Source: Aeromicrobium sp. (lineage in GTDB: Bacteria > Actinomycetota > Actinomycetes > Propionibacteriales > Nocardioidaceae). From it: 64,000 nucleotides of DNA. Within the stretch, counting starts at the first letter, position 1. Each line of letters opens with the position of its first letter. Shown one piece after another: positions 1 to 10,337 of the stretch. Made by a program: the position numbers and the translations under genes. Below the pieces are notes generated by a model that worked only from the letters and a program-made list of their open reading frames with translations, did no database searches and was not told the origin of the DNA. The stretch is from assembly GCA_025965435.1 (NCBI GenBank), contig JAOPWZ010000020.1:960-64959 (forward strand), in the 5' to 3' direction.

Positions 1-1595
1 CGCGCCTCGGCATCGCCGACCGGACGGCCGCCGGGCAGCAGGGCCGGGAGGCAGCCGGTCTCGACCGCTCCCCGGTCACCCGCACGTCGCGGCACCCAGG
101 CGAGCCGGGCACCTGACCGGTCGGCGGCGGCGAGTGCCGCACTGAATCCGCCGGGCACGGCGGCCAGGCGTTCGCCGACGAGGATGACCGCCCCGGCCGG
201 CAGCTCGAGCGCCGCCAGCGCGGCCGGCTCGTCACCGGGCACGGTCTGCACCAGCTCGCCGGACATCTTGGCCAGTCCGCGGGTCACGTGGCTCGCGATC
301 GCGACGACCTTGACGCCGTTCTTCTTGGCTCCCTTGCGCAGGCGCAGGAAGATGCTGCCGTTCTCGTCCTCGGGCTCGAGGCCGACCAGCACCACCGTGG
401 ACGCCTTCTCCAGGTCGGTGAAGCTGACGGCGAGCTGGGTCGCGGCGACGTGCGAGGCGAGGAAGGCGGCCTCCTCGGCAGAGTGCTCCCGGGCCCGGAA
501 GTCGATGTCGTTGGTCTGCAGCACGGTACGGGCGAACTTGCTGTAGGCGAAGGCGTCCTCGGCCGTCAGGCGTCCACCGGTCAGCACGCCGACCTTGCCG
601 GCCGCGGCGGCCAGGCCCCTGGCGGCGATGGCCAGCGCTGCCGGCCACGAGACGGGCTCGAGCATGCCGGTCTCGGCGTTGCGGGCCAGGGGCGTCGTGA
701 GGCGATCGGGCTGGCTCGCATACGCGAAGGCGAACCGGTCCTTGTCGGTGATCCACTCCTCGTTGACCTGCGGGTCGTCGCCGGCCAGGCGGCGCATGAC
801 CTTGCCGCGACGGTGGTCGACGCGGATGGCCGAGCCGCTGGCGTCGTGCTCCGCGATCGACGGCGTCGACACCAGGTCGAACGGCCGGGAGCGGAAGCGG
901 TAGTCGGCGCTGGTCAGGGCGCCGACGGGGCAGATCTGGATCGTGTTGCCCGAGAAGTAGGAGCTGAACGGCTCCTCCTCGTAGATGCCGACCTGCTGGT
1001 AGGCCCCGCGCTCGATCAGGGCGATGAACGGGTCGCCGGCGATCTGCTCGGAGAAGCGGGTGCACCGGGCGCACAGCACGCAGCGCTCGCGGTCGAGCAG
1101 CACCTGCTCCGACACCTTGACCGGCTTGGGGAACGTCCGCTTGGTCTCGGTGTACCGCGTCTCGCCCTGGCCGTGGGTCATGGCCTGGTTCTGCAGCGGG
1201 CACTCGCCGCCCTTGTCGCACACGGGGCAGTCGAGCGGGTGGTTGATGAGGAGGAACTCCATGTTGCCGCGCTGAGCCTTCTCGGCGACCGGCGACGTGA
1301 CCTGGGTCCTGACGACCATGCCGCCCGCGACCTCGATCGTGCAGGACGCCTGCGGCTTGGGGAACCCGCGACCGTTGCCGGCATCGGTGATCTCCACGAG
1401 GCACTGACGGCACGCGCCGACGGGGTCGAGCAGCGGGTGGTCGCAGAAGCGCGGGATCTCGGTGCCGATCAGCTCGGCGGCCCGGATCAGGAGCGTGCCC
1501 TTGGGGACGCTGACCTCGATGTCGTCGATCGTCAGCGTGACGAGCTCGACCGGAGCCTCGCCGGTCGAGCCTGTCGAGACCTCGTGGATGGTCAT
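1..1595 (-). CDS. nuoG: NADH-quinone oxidoreductase subunit G (5' part; runs off window start)
   Basis: Not in the ORF track. ATG at 1595 overlaps the nuoF stop (ATGA) and reads [55 protein letters not shown], with [17 protein letters not shown] Fe-S motifs. Confidence 0.96.
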   Translation of the reverse strand, partial: MTIHEVSTGSTGEAPVELVTLTIDDIEVSVPKGTLLIRAAELIGTEIPRFCDHPLLDPVGACRQCLVEITDAGNGRGFPKPQASCTIEVAGGMVVRTQVTSPVAEKAQRGNMEFLLINHPLDCPVCDKGGECPLQNQAMTHGQGETRYTETKRTFPKPVKVSEQVLLDRERCVLCARCTRFSEQIAGDPFIALIERGAYQQVGIYEEEPFSSYFSGNTIQICPVGALTSADYRFRSRPFDLVSTPSIAEHDASGSAIRVDHRRGKVMRRLAGDDPQVNEEWITDKDRFAFAYASQPDRLTTPLARNAETGMLEPVSWPAALAIAARGLAAAAGKVGVLTGGRLTAEDAFAYSKFARTVLQTNDIDFRAREHSAEEAAFLASHVAATQLAVSFTDLEKASTVVLVGLEPEDENGSIFLRLRKGAKKNGVKVVAIASHVTRGLAKMSGELVQTVPGDEPAALAALELPAGAVILVGERLAAVPGGFSAALAAADRSGARLAWVPRRAGDRGAVETGCLPALLPGGRPVGDAEA

Positions 1596-2974
1596 GCGGG
1601 TCCTTTCGACAAGCTCAAGGAGCCATCTGCGCTCGAGGAGCCATCTGCGCTCGAGGAGCCGTCTGCGCTCGAGAAACGATCCGGAAAGAGCGTCGAGGCG
1701 ACCGGCGGGAACATCTCGCGCGACGGGGTGTGCATCCCGGCCTCGAACTCGTCGCGGAAGTGCTGGATCGCCGAGGTGATCGGGCTCGTGGCACCGTCGC
1801 CGAGCGCGCAGAACGAGCGTCCGAGGATGTTCTCGCACAGGTCCAGGAGCAGCTCGATGTCGCCTGGCTTGCCGTGCCCCTCATCGAGGCGCTGGAGGGT
1901 CTGCGCGAGCCACCACGTGCCCTCGCGGCACGGGGTGCACTTGCCGCACGACTCGTGCTTGTAGAACTCGGTCCACCGCAGCACGCATCGCACGACCGAC
2001 GTCGTCTGGTCGAAGACCTGCAGGGCCTTGGTGCCGAGCATCGAGCCGGCGGCGCTGACGCCCTCGTAGTCGAGGGGGATGTCGAGGTGCTCCGCGGTCA
2101 GGATCGGGGTCGACGAGCCGCCGGGGGTCCAGAACTTGAGCTCGCTGCCGTCGCGCATGCCGCCGCCCAGCTCGAGCAGCTCGCGCAGCGTGATGCCGAG
2201 CGGCGCCTCGTACTGGCCGGGACGCTTGACGTGGCCCGAGAGCGAGTAGAGCGTGAAGCCCTTCGACTTCTCGGTGCCCATCGAGCCGAACCAGTCGACG
2301 CCGTTCTTCACGATCGCCGGGACCGACGCGATCGACTCGACGTTGTTGACCACGGTCGGCGAGGCGTACAGGCCGGCGACCGCGGGGAACGGGGGCCGCA
2401 GGCGGGGCTGACCGCGACGTCCTTCGAGCGAGTCGAGCAGCGCGGTCTCCTCGCCACAGATGTAGGCACCGGCGCCGGCGTGGATGACCAGGTCGAGGTC
2501 GACGCCGGAGCCGTGGATGTCGGTGCCGAGGTGACCGGCCTCGTAGGCCTCGCGCGCGGCGGCGCGGAGCCGCCGGACGACGTGCAGCACTTCGCCGCGG
2601 ACGTAGATGAAGGCGGTCTTGGCGCGGATCGCGTGCGCGGCGATGATGACGCCCTCGATGAGGGTGTGCGGCGTCGCCATCATGAGCGGGATGTCCTTGC
2701 AGGTGCCCGGCTCGGACTCGTCGGCGTTGACCACGAGGTACTTGGGGTTGGGGTTGTCCTGGGGGATGAAGCTCCACTTCATCCCCGTCGGGAAGCCCGC
2801 TCCACCACGTCCGCGCAGACCCGATTCCTTGACCAGCGCGATGACGTCGTCGGGCGCCATCGTGAGCGCCGTCCGCAGGGCCTCGTAGCCGCCGGTCTGC
2901 TCGTACGCGGCGAGCGTCCACGCACGGTCGTTGCCCCAGTCGGCGCTGAGCACCGGGGTGAGCATGTCAGTCAT
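1592..2974 (-). CDS. nuoF: NADH-quinone oxidoreductase subunit F
   Basis: [36 protein letters not shown] and [12 protein letters not shown] motifs. Confidence 0.98.
   Translation of the reverse strand: MTDMLTPVLSADWGNDRAWTLAAYEQTGGYEALRTALTMAPDDVIALVKESGLRGRGGAGFPTGMKWSFIPQDNPNPKYLVVNADESEPGTCKDIPLMMATPHTLIEGVIIAAHAIRAKTAFIYVRGEVLHVVRRLRAAAREAYEAGHLGTDIHGSGVDLDLVIHAGAGAYICGEETALLDSLEGRRGQPRLRPPFPAVAGLYASPTVVNNVESIASVPAIVKNGVDWFGSMGTEKSKGFTLYSLSGHVKRPGQYEAPLGITLRELLELGGGMRDGSELKFWTPGGSSTPILTAEHLDIPLDYEGVSAAGSMLGTKALQVFDQTTSVVRCVLRWTEFYKHESCGKCTPCREGTWWLAQTLQRLDEGHGKPGDIELLLDLCENILGRSFCALGDGATSPITSAIQHFRDEFEAGMHTPSREMFPPVASTLFPDRFSSADGSSSADGSSSADGSLSLSKGPA
1620..1673. repeat. 3 x 18-bp tandem repeat GAGCC(A/G)TCTGCGCTCGAG in the nuoF 3' end
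   Basis: Units at 1620-1637, 1638-1655 and 1656-1673; encodes repeated SSADGS. Confidence 0.95.
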
Positions 2975-3758
2975 CCTTGCCCTCCTTCGTCGTCTCCTCG
3001 GAGGTCTTCGCGGGCGACTGCTCGATCACCGTCTCGGACTCGGCACGTGAGGTGTCGGCCTGCTCGGCCGCGCCCTTCTTGGTGTCGGCGACGGCGTCGG
3101 GCTCGGGGTGCGTCTCGTCGACCGACGGTGCCCGCCAGCCGCGCTCGGCGGCGATCTCCAGGCCCGCGAGCGACGGACCGGCAGCCGCCGGACCCTCGTC
3201 CGCGCGACCGTCCTCGAAGCCCGCGAGCACCCGCTCGGCCTCGCGCCAGGAGGTGATCGTCGCCCCGCGGGTCGCCTGCACGGTCTCGCCGGCGCGAAGC
3301 TTGTCGACGACCTCGATCGCCGACTCGGGGGTCTGCTGGTCGAAGAACTCCCAGTTGACCGTCATGACCGGGGCGAAGTCGCACGCGGCGTTGCACTCGA
3401 TGTGCTCGAGGGTGACCTTGCCGTCCTCGGTGGTCTCGTCGTTGCCCACGTCGAGGTGGCCCTTGAGCCGCTCGAAGATCAGGTCGCCGCCCATCACGGC
3501 GCACAGCGTGTTGGTGCAGATGCCGACATGGTGCTCGCCCATGGGGCGGCGCTTGTACATCGTGTAGAACGTCGCGACGCCCGACACCTCGGCGGCACTG
3601 ATGCCCAGGATCTGCGCGCAGACCTCGATGCCCTCGTTGGTGACACTGCCCTCGGCCGACTGGACGAGGTGCAGCATCGGCAGCAGCGCGCTGCGCGGCT
3701 GCGGGTACCGACCCGCCAGCTCCACAAGCTCAGCCTTCGTAACATCAGAAAGCGTCAT
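2967..3758 (-). CDS. nuoE: NADH-quinone oxidoreductase subunit E
   Basis: VATFYTMY, CTNTLC and ECNAACD 2Fe-2S motifs; start moved to ATG 3758 (MTLSDVTK). Confidence 0.96.
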   Translation of the reverse strand: MTLSDVTKAELVELAGRYPQPRSALLPMLHLVQSAEGSVTNEGIEVCAQILGISAAEVSGVATFYTMYKRRPMGEHHVGICTNTLCAVMGGDLIFERLKGHLDVGNDETTEDGKVTLEHIECNAACDFAPVMTVNWEFFDQQTPESAIEVVDKLRAGETVQATRGATITSWREAERVLAGFEDGRADEGPAAAGPSLAGLEIAAERGWRAPSVDETHPEPDAVADTKKGAAEQADTSRAESETVIEQSPAKTSEETTKEGKDD

Positions 3759-3817
3759 CGAACACCCCACCGTCGAAAGTAACCATGGTCCGAGCGAGCG
3801 AAGCGAGCAAGACTCAT
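3755..3817 (-). other. 20-aa bridging mini-ORF between nuoD and nuoE
   Basis: [20 protein letters not shown]; ATGA overlaps at both ends; TCATCGA at both borders. Confidence 0.6.
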
Positions 3818-5142
3818 CGATCCACACCCCCCATGACGGGATCGAGACTCGCAACCGCGACGATGACGTCCGAGAGCATCCCGCCCTCGCTCATGACCGA
3901 GGTGGCCTGCAGGTTGACGAAGGACGGATCGCGGAAGTGGGCGCGGTACGGGCGGGTGCCGCCGTCGGACACCAGGTGGCAGTCGATCTCGCCGCGCGGC
4001 GCCTCGATCGAGGCGAAGGCCTGGCCGGCCGGGACCCGGAAGCCCTCGGTCACGATCTTGAAGTGGTGGATCAACGCCTCCATCGACTCACCCATGATGT
4101 GCTTGATGTGCTCGGCGGAGTTGCCCTGACCATCGGCGCCGACGCTGAGCTGTGAGGGCCAGGCGATCTTCTTGTCGGCCACCATGACGGGCTGGCCGTC
4201 CATCTTCTCGAGCCGGTCGGTGGCCTGCTCGACGATCCTCAGGGACTGCCACATCTCGTCGAGCCGCACCCGGAAACGTCCGTAGGCGTCGGGCTCGTCG
4301 CGGGTGACGACGTCGAAGTCGTACGTCTCGTAGCCCCAGTAGGGCTGCTTCTTGCGCAGGTCCCAGTCGTAGCCCGTCGCGCGCAGCACCGGGCCGGTGA
4401 GGCCGAGCGCCAGGCATCCGGCGAGCTCGAGGTGGCCGACACCTTTCAGGCGTCCCTTGAAGATCGGGTTGGCGTTGCACAGTGCGGCGTACTCGGGCAG
4501 CCGCTTCTTGAGCAGCGCGACGGTCGAGCGGAGCTGCTCGATCGCACCCTCGGGCAGGTCCTGCGCGACGCCGCCGGGGCGGAAGAAAGCGTGGTTCATC
4601 CGCAGGCCCGTGATCATCTCGAACAGGTCGAGGATCAGCTCGCGGTCACGGAAGCCGCAGGTCATGACCGTCAGCGCCCCGAGCTCCATGCCGCCGGTCG
4701 CGATGCAGATGAGGTGTGAGGAGATGCGGTTGAGCTCGAGCAGGAGCACGCGCATCGCCTGGGCCTTCTCGGGCGCCTCGATGCCGAGCAGCTTCTCGAC
4801 CGCCATGACGTAGGCGGCTTCGTTGGAGAACGGAGCCACGTAGTCCATGCGGGTGCAGAAGGTCACGCCCTGCGTCCAGGTGCGGTACTCCATGTTCTTC
4901 TCGATGCCGGTGTGCAGGTAGCCGACGCCGGCGCGCGCATCGCGGACGGTCTCGCCGTCGATCTCGAGGACGAGGCGGAGCACGCCGTGCGTCGACGGGT
5001 GCTGCGGGCCCATGTTGATGACCAGGTGGTCGCCCTCGACCGCGGAGGCGTCGATCGTGTCCCAGTCCTGACCGGTGACGGTGAAGACCGGTCCCTCGCG
5101 GGAGTCGGTCGTGCTCGCGTACGGGTCGTTGATGGTGCTCAC
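3814..5142 (-). CDS. nuoD: NADH-quinone oxidoreductase subunit D
   Basis: [25 protein letters not shown]-terminal DPVMGGVDR; GTG 5142 overlaps the nuoC stop. Confidence 0.97.
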   Translation of the reverse strand: MSTINDPYASTTDSREGPVFTVTGQDWDTIDASAVEGDHLVINMGPQHPSTHGVLRLVLEIDGETVRDARAGVGYLHTGIEKNMEYRTWTQGVTFCTRMDYVAPFSNEAAYVMAVEKLLGIEAPEKAQAMRVLLLELNRISSHLICIATGGMELGALTVMTCGFRDRELILDLFEMITGLRMNHAFFRPGGVAQDLPEGAIEQLRSTVALLKKRLPEYAALCNANPIFKGRLKGVGHLELAGCLALGLTGPVLRATGYDWDLRKKQPYWGYETYDFDVVTRDEPDAYGRFRVRLDEMWQSLRIVEQATDRLEKMDGQPVMVADKKIAWPSQLSVGADGQGNSAEHIKHIMGESMEALIHHFKIVTEGFRVPAGQAFASIEAPRGEIDCHLVSDGGTRPYRAHFRDPSFVNLQATSVMSEGGMLSDVIVAVASLDPVMGGVDR

Positions 5143-5888
5143 GAGTAGCTCCTCCACTCGTCCGGTGGCGGCACGGTTCCACCCTTGTACTCGACGGGGA
5201 TGCCGCCGAGGGGATAATCCTTGCGCTGCGGGTGGCCTGGCCAGTCGTCCGGCATCAGGACGCGGGTCAGTGCGGGGTGGCCGTCGAAGATGATCCCGAA
5301 CATGTCCCAGGTCTCCCGCTCCTGCCAGTCCGCCGTCGGGTAGATCGAGACGACGCTGGGGAGGTGCGGATCACCGTCGGGGGTCGCGACCTCGAGGCGG
5401 ATCCGGCGGTTGTGGGTCATCGAGAGCAGGTGATAGGCCACGTGCAGCTCGCGGCCGGTCTCGTGCGGGAAGTGGACCCCGCTGACGCTCGAGCAGAACT
5501 CGAAGCGGAGCACCGGGTCGTTGCGCAGGTGCGTCACGGTCTCCAGCAGCAGCTGACGGCGGATGTAGAACGTGATCTCGCCACGGTCGACGACGACCTT
5601 CTCGATGGCGTCGCCCAGCCCCGGGCCGGCGGCCAGCCGGTCGGCGACCTCGTCGTACCAACCACCGAACGGCCGCTGGCTGGCGCCGGGCATCATGACG
5701 GGCCGGGTCAGGCCACCGAAGCCACTGGTGTCGCCCGTGCCGGGGGCGCCGAAGGCACCTTCACGGATCTCGACGACCTCGAGCTGCGTCGTGTCCGAAC
5801 GGAGCAGCTCGGACCGGGTCTCGTGCGAGGCGTCCTGGGTGCGGGTGCCCGCGTCGCGAGCGTCCCGGTTGCCCTTTTCATCCGTCAT
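5139..5888 (-). CDS. nuoC: NADH-quinone oxidoreductase subunit C
   Basis: [16 protein letters not shown] and [10 protein letters not shown] motifs. Confidence 0.97.
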   Translation of the reverse strand: MTDEKGNRDARDAGTRTQDASHETRSELLRSDTTQLEVVEIREGAFGAPGTGDTSGFGGLTRPVMMPGASQRPFGGWYDEVADRLAAGPGLGDAIEKVVVDRGEITFYIRRQLLLETVTHLRNDPVLRFEFCSSVSGVHFPHETGRELHVAYHLLSMTHNRRIRLEVATPDGDPHLPSVVSIYPTADWQERETWDMFGIIFDGHPALTRVLMPDDWPGHPQRKDYPLGGIPVEYKGGTVPPPDEWRSYS

Positions 5889-6439
5889 CGCATGAGGCCC
5901 TTCATGGCGGAGGTCGGCGTCGCGAGCAGCGCGACCTTCTCCTCGGCCTTGATCTCAGCGAGCCGGTGGGCGCCGAGCTTCTCGTGCTGGATCTGGTCGT
6001 GCAGCTTGAGGATCGCGTCGATCAGCATCTCCGGACGCGGCGGGCAGCCGGGGAGGTACATGTCGACGGGCACGATGTGGTCGACGCCCTGGACGATCGC
6101 GTAGTTGTTGAACATCCCGCCCGAGCTGGCGCAGACGCCCATCGCCAGGACGTACTTGGGGCCGGGCATCTGGTCGTAGATCTGGCGCAGGACGGGGGCC
6201 ATCTTGTTGCTCACCCGGCCGGCGACGATCATCAGGTCGGCCTGGCGCGGCGAGGGACGGAAGACCTCCATGCCGAAGCGGGACGAGTCGAACCGCGGGG
6301 CGCCGAACGTCATCATCTCGATCGCGCAGCAGGCCAGGCCGAAGGTCGCGGGCCAGAACGAGGCCTTGCGCATGTAGCCGGCGAGTCCTTCGACCGTCGA
6401 GAGCAGGACTCCCGAGGGCAGCTTCTCTTCAATTCCCAC
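5885..6439 (-). CDS. nuoB: NADH-quinone oxidoreductase subunit B
   Basis: [15 protein letters not shown] and PGCPPRPE motifs. Confidence 0.98.
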   Translation of the reverse strand: MGIEEKLPSGVLLSTVEGLAGYMRKASFWPATFGLACCAIEMMTFGAPRFDSSRFGMEVFRPSPRQADLMIVAGRVSNKMAPVLRQIYDQMPGPKYVLAMGVCASSGGMFNNYAIVQGVDHIVPVDMYLPGCPPRPEMLIDAILKLHDQIQHEKLGAHRLAEIKAEEKVALLATPTSAMKGLMR

Positions 6440-6472
6440 GGTGTACGTCTCCCATCGGGTCCAGCGCTGTGC

Positions 6473-6832
6473 TCAGTCCCATTCCAGGCCCCCACGCCGC
6501 CACACGTAGGCGTACGCGATGAACACCGTCAGCATGAAGATGAACATCTCGATCAGCCCGAACCAGCCGAGCGCGTCGAAGGCGATGGCGAACGGGTAGA
6601 GAAAGATGATCTCGATGTCGAAGACGATGAAGAGCATCGCGATGATGAAGTAGCGGATCGAGATCCTGCCGCCGCCGTCGGGCAGCGGGCTGGGCTCGAT
6701 GCCCGACTCGTAGCGGTCCATCTTGGCGCGGTTGTAGCGTCTCGGACCCGTGAACGGCGCGATGGTCACGGAGAACACCGCAAAGGCGGCCGCGAGCGCT
6801 CCCAGCACCAGGATCGGCGTGTAGACCGTCAC
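6473..6832 (-). CDS. nuoA: NADH-quinone oxidoreductase subunit A
   Basis: YESGIEP, FIVFDIEIIFLYP, GGLEWD; first gene of the nuo operon. Confidence 0.97.
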   Translation of the reverse strand: MTVYTPILVLGALAAAFAVFSVTIAPFTGPRRYNRAKMDRYESGIEPSPLPDGGGRISIRYFIIAMLFIVFDIEIIFLYPFAIAFDALGWFGLIEMFIFMLTVFIAYAYVWRRGGLEWD

Positions 6833-6884
6833 AGCACCTCCCGAGTCTTGTCCGACGAAGCGTGGAACCTGCGTGATCGTGCGC

Positions 6885-6902
6885 TTGTGAATTCGTTCAC
6901 AA
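6885..6902. promoter_or_regulatory. Rex operator upstream of nuoA
   Basis: TTGTGAATTCGTTCACAA is a perfect TTGTGAA-N4-TTCACAA. Confidence 0.9.
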
Positions 6903-7002
6903 CATGACCACGCTCACACCCTACGCCCGCCCGGGGTCGCTTGTAACTTAGGTCACACTAAGTGCCGGCGCCGCCCTGAGCGGCGCCTGCGGGACGTCAG
7001 GA

Positions 7003-7695
7003 TCAGGGCTTGACGGAGTGGTGCAGCGCCACGATGCCGGCCGACAGGTTGTGCCACTCGACCTTGCCCCAACCGGCCTCGACCATGCGCATCGCCAGAC
7101 CCTTCTGGTCGGGCCACGCGCGGATCGACTCGGCCAGGTAGACGTACGACTCGGGGTTGGACGAGACCGCGCGCGCCACCGGCGGAAGGGCGCGCATCAG
7201 GTAGTTGGTGTAGATCGCGTCGAACGGCGCCCACGTCGGCGTGCTGAACTCGCAGACCACGATGCGTCCGCCCGGCCGGGTGACCCGCAGCAGCTCACGC
7301 AGGCCCTCGATCGGATCGACGATGTTGCGCAGGCCGAAGGAGATCGTGACGGCGTCGAAGGTGTCGTCGCCGAAGGGCAGGAGCATCCCGTCGCCGGCCG
7401 TGAACGGCAGATCGGGCAGGGCTCGCTTGCCGACCTCGAGCATGCCGATCGAGAAGTCGCAGGGCACCACGGTGGCGCCGGCGTCGGCGAAGGGCTGGCT
7501 GGACGTGCCGGTGCCGGCGGCGAGGTCGAGGATGACCTCACCCGGCTGCGGGGCCACGAGGTCGACGACGCGCTTGCGCCAGCGCCGGTCCTGTCCGAGG
7601 GAGAGCACGTCATTCGTGAGGTCGTACCTCTCGGCGACCTTGTCGAACATCGACGCAACGTCGTGGGGCTGCTTGTCCAGACCGGCTCGGCTCAC
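7003..7695 (-). CDS. menG: Demethylmenaquinone methyltransferase (MenG/UbiE)
   Basis: [40 protein letters not shown]. Confidence 0.95.
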   Translation of the reverse strand: MSRAGLDKQPHDVASMFDKVAERYDLTNDVLSLGQDRRWRKRVVDLVAPQPGEVILDLAAGTGTSSQPFADAGATVVPCDFSIGMLEVGKRALPDLPFTAGDGMLLPFGDDTFDAVTISFGLRNIVDPIEGLRELLRVTRPGGRIVVCEFSTPTWAPFDAIYTNYLMRALPPVARAVSSNPESYVYLAESIRAWPDQKGLAMRMVEAGWGKVEWHNLSAGIVALHHSVKP

Positions 7696-7728
7696 CGCCC
7701 CACCTTGCCACGAGTAGGCTCATCGATT

Positions 7729-9000
7729 GTGAGCAACCCTGTCCTCGCCGACGCCTTGGGCCCCCTGGTGGTCCGGTCGGCGCCGATCGACGATCCCGGT
7801 GCCCTGCTCTCGCTCCTGCCCGACGACGACGCGTTCGCGTGGGTGCACGGCGGGGACGGACTGGTCGGCTGGGGACGGGTCACCGAGCTTCCCACCGCCG
7901 GTGCCGGCCGTTTCGACGAGGCAGCCCAGTGGTGGGGTGATCTGTGCGCGCACGCGGTGATCCGCGATGACGTCCAGACCCCCGGTTCCGGATTGGTGGC
8001 CTTCGGGTCGTTCACCTTCGCCGACGACACCGGTGGCAGCGTGCTGGTGGTGCCCGAGGTCGTGGTGGGACGCCGCGACGGCATCGCCTGGGTCACCGTG
8101 ATCGGTACCGGCATCTCGGCACCCCCCGACGTCTCCCCCACGTCACCGCCACGACAGCCGAGCGGCGTGCGGTTCGCCGACGGTCCGGTCGACAGCTTCA
8201 CGTGGCAGGGACTCGTCGCCGAGGCCGTGGCCCGCATCGTCCGCGACGATCTCGACAAGGTGGTGCTGGCGCGCGATCTCGTCGCCATGCTCGACGAGCC
8301 GATCGACGTCCGCGCGCCGCTGGCCCGGTTGGCCGGCGAGTACCCCAGCTGCTGGACGTTCCACGTCGACGGGTTCTTCGGCTCGACACCGGAGATGCTG
8401 GTGCGGCTCGAGCGGGGACTCGTGACGTCCCGGGTGCTGGCGGGCACGATCCGTCGCACCGGCGACGACAAGCACGACCTCGCGCTCGCCGGCTCGCTCG
8501 CACGCTCGAGCAAGGACCTGGAGGAGCACGAGTACGCCGAGCGGTCCGTGGCCGACGCGCTGGCACCGCACTGCACGAACATGTTCGTGCCCGAGACGCC
8601 GTTCGTGCTCCACCTGCCCAATGTCATGCACCTGGCCACCGACGTCACCGGCGTCATGAGGAACGGCGCCAGCGCCCTGACCCTGGCGGCATCGCTGCAC
8701 CCGTCGGCAGCCGTCGGCGGCACGCCGACCGCGGAGGCCGTCCGGCTGATCAGCGAGATCGAGCAGCTCGACCGTGGACGCTACGCCGGTCCCGTCGGCT
8801 GGATCGACGGCCACGGCGACGGCGAGTGGGGCATCGGCCTGCGGTCGGCGCAGATCGAGGAGGACGGCCGCATCGTCCGCCTGTTCGCGGGCTGCGGCAT
8901 CGTGGCCGACTCGGTGCCGGCCGACGAGCTGGCGGAGTCCGAGGCCAAGCTCATCCCCGTCCGCGACGCGCTCTCCCCCGCCCCCCTCACCGACCGCTGA
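7729..9000 (+). CDS. menF: Isochorismate synthase
   Basis: KVVLAR, LAGT, KDLEEH, LHPSAAVGGTP, RGRYAGPVGW, FAGCGIV; start GTG 7729; men gene context. Confidence 0.9.
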   Translation: MSNPVLADALGPLVVRSAPIDDPGALLSLLPDDDAFAWVHGGDGLVGWGRVTELPTAGAGRFDEAAQWWGDLCAHAVIRDDVQTPGSGLVAFGSFTFADDTGGSVLVVPEVVVGRRDGIAWVTVIGTGISAPPDVSPTSPPRQPSGVRFADGPVDSFTWQGLVAEAVARIVRDDLDKVVLARDLVAMLDEPIDVRAPLARLAGEYPSCWTFHVDGFFGSTPEMLVRLERGLVTSRVLAGTIRRTGDDKHDLALAGSLARSSKDLEEHEYAERSVADALAPHCTNMFVPETPFVLHLPNVMHLATDVTGVMRNGASALTLAASLHPSAAVGGTPTAEAVRLISEIEQLDRGRYAGPVGWIDGHGDGEWGIGLRSAQIEEDGRIVRLFAGCGIVADSVPADELAESEAKLIPVRDALSPAPLTDR

Positions 9001-9098
9001 GCCGTTCGTTCCCGCTGAGCCGTTCGTTCCCGCTGAGTGTGACGTTTCGGCGCCTGACCGCGCTCGTGGTGGCGCGGAAACGTCACACTCAGCGGGAA
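8994..9098. repeat. REP-like hairpin (22-bp perfect IR) preceded by an 18-bp tandem duplication
   Basis: TTCCCGCTGAGTGTGACGTTTC (9027-9048) / GAAACGTCACACTCAGCGGGAA (9077-9098); CCGCTGAGCCGTTCGTTC at 8994 and 9012. Confidence 0.9.
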
Positions 9099-9122
9099 GG
9101 TGGGCCAGGGGGACGGTGGGGG

Positions 9123-9551
9123 TCAGCGGTAGATCTTGGCCTCGAGTGGCTGGCCGAGGATGCGGGCGGCGAGCAGGCGGTGCAGCCCGTCGAGGTGCCA
9201 CCAGCCGTGGCCGTCCTGGACCTCGTAGATCTTCGCCGGCTTGATCGAGTCACCCGCCTCGAGCCGGGTCAGGTAGTAGTTGACCTTCGCGACGCCGACG
9301 TGCTCCTGCGGCGTCATCACGACGGTGTGCGGGCTCAACATGATCGACTCGCCCGCCGACTTCGGCGACCGGTCCTCCTTGAGCCGCAGGGGCCCGGCGA
9401 ACACGACGGCCAGCCAGAGCAGTCGCCGCGTGCTGACGACCTTCTGGTCACCGGTCATGCGGACGAACTCGCCGAGCCGCTCCATCGAGTTGTCGTCCAG
9501 GTCCGTCGGGGTGTCGGCCAGCTTGGGGCCCAGCTTGGGCAGACGGACCAT
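9123..9551 (-). CDS. Small hypothetical protein with a ParB/sulfiredoxin-like DGxHR motif
   Basis: High-GC3 codon usage; WWHLDGLHRLLAAR near the C-terminus. Confidence 0.7.
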   Translation of the reverse strand: MVRLPKLGPKLADTPTDLDDNSMERLGEFVRMTGDQKVVSTRRLLWLAVVFAGPLRLKEDRSPKSAGESIMLSPHTVVMTPQEHVGVAKVNYYLTRLEAGDSIKPAKIYEVQDGHGWWHLDGLHRLLAARILGQPLEAKIYR

Positions 9552-9558
9552 GACCGGG

Positions 9559-10320
9559 TCAGCTCACAGGGGCGGGAGCCAGGACCGGCCACCGGGGATC
9601 GAGGCTGTCACCGGACGACGCGCCGGTCAGGCGGCGCTTGACCCACGGGGCGGCGTGGGCCCGGGCCCACTCGAGGTTGGCGGCCCGGCGCTCCTTGGCC
9701 GACAGGACCGGACGCTCGGCGAGCTCCAGTGGAACCAGGGCGTGCGCGATGCCCAGCGCGTCGAGGAACGCGATCGCCATGCGCTGGTGACCGGCCGCCG
9801 ACATGTGCATGCGATCGATGTCCCACAGCCGGTCGTCGCGGTAGTCGTCGAGGCGCCAGAAGTCGACCACCGTCGCACCGTGCTTCTCGGCGACCTCGCG
9901 GACCAGCTCGTTGTAGATCGCGAAGCGTCCGCGCAGGGCGCCGAACACCGGTGAGCCTCCCGGGTCGTAGGCCGTGAACATCACGACGTGCGCGCCCGAC
10001 GCGGTGAGGCGGCCGATCGCGACGTCGTACGCCTCGATCAGACGGTCGATGTCGACCCGCGGGCGCAGCACGTCGTTGGCGCCGGCGTAGATGCTCACCA
10101 GATCGGGCATCATCTCGATCGCCGGATCGATCTGCTCGCCGACGATCTGCACCAGCTTGCGGCCACGGATCGCGAGATTGGCGTAGGTGAAGTCATCGTC
10201 CGCGAGCACGGCCGCCGCCCGGTCGGCCCAGCCCCGCACGCGGTTGGGGCGGGTCTCGTCGGGATCGCCGACACCTTCGGTGAACGAGTCGCCGAGGGCG
10301 ATGAAACGATGGAAAGTCAC
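9559..10320 (-). CDS. SGNH/GDSL hydrolase
   Basis: ALGDSFTEG, GAND and DRMH blocks. Confidence 0.92.
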   Translation of the reverse strand: MTFHRFIALGDSFTEGVGDPDETRPNRVRGWADRAAAVLADDDFTYANLAIRGRKLVQIVGEQIDPAIEMMPDLVSIYAGANDVLRPRVDIDRLIEAYDVAIGRLTASGAHVVMFTAYDPGGSPVFGALRGRFAIYNELVREVAEKHGATVVDFWRLDDYRDDRLWDIDRMHMSAAGHQRMAIAFLDALGIAHALVPLELAERPVLSAKERRAANLEWARAHAAPWVKRRLTGASSGDSLDPRWPVLAPAPVS

Positions 10321-10337
10321 TCGCCCACCCTAGCGAA

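Noticed and set aside
288-3256. Long antisense and alternate-frame ORFs (e.g. 288-1964, 1730-3256, also 39932-42313)
   Set aside because: Shadow ORFs expected in high-GC DNA opposite well-supported genes; no motifs.
1620-9098. Tandem repeats as a possible CRISPR array
   Set aside because: Units are contiguous 18-mers without spacers, and there are no cas genes.
9123-9551. Call as a chromosome or plasmid partition ParB
   Set aside because: Too short, no HTH, and no parA nearby.
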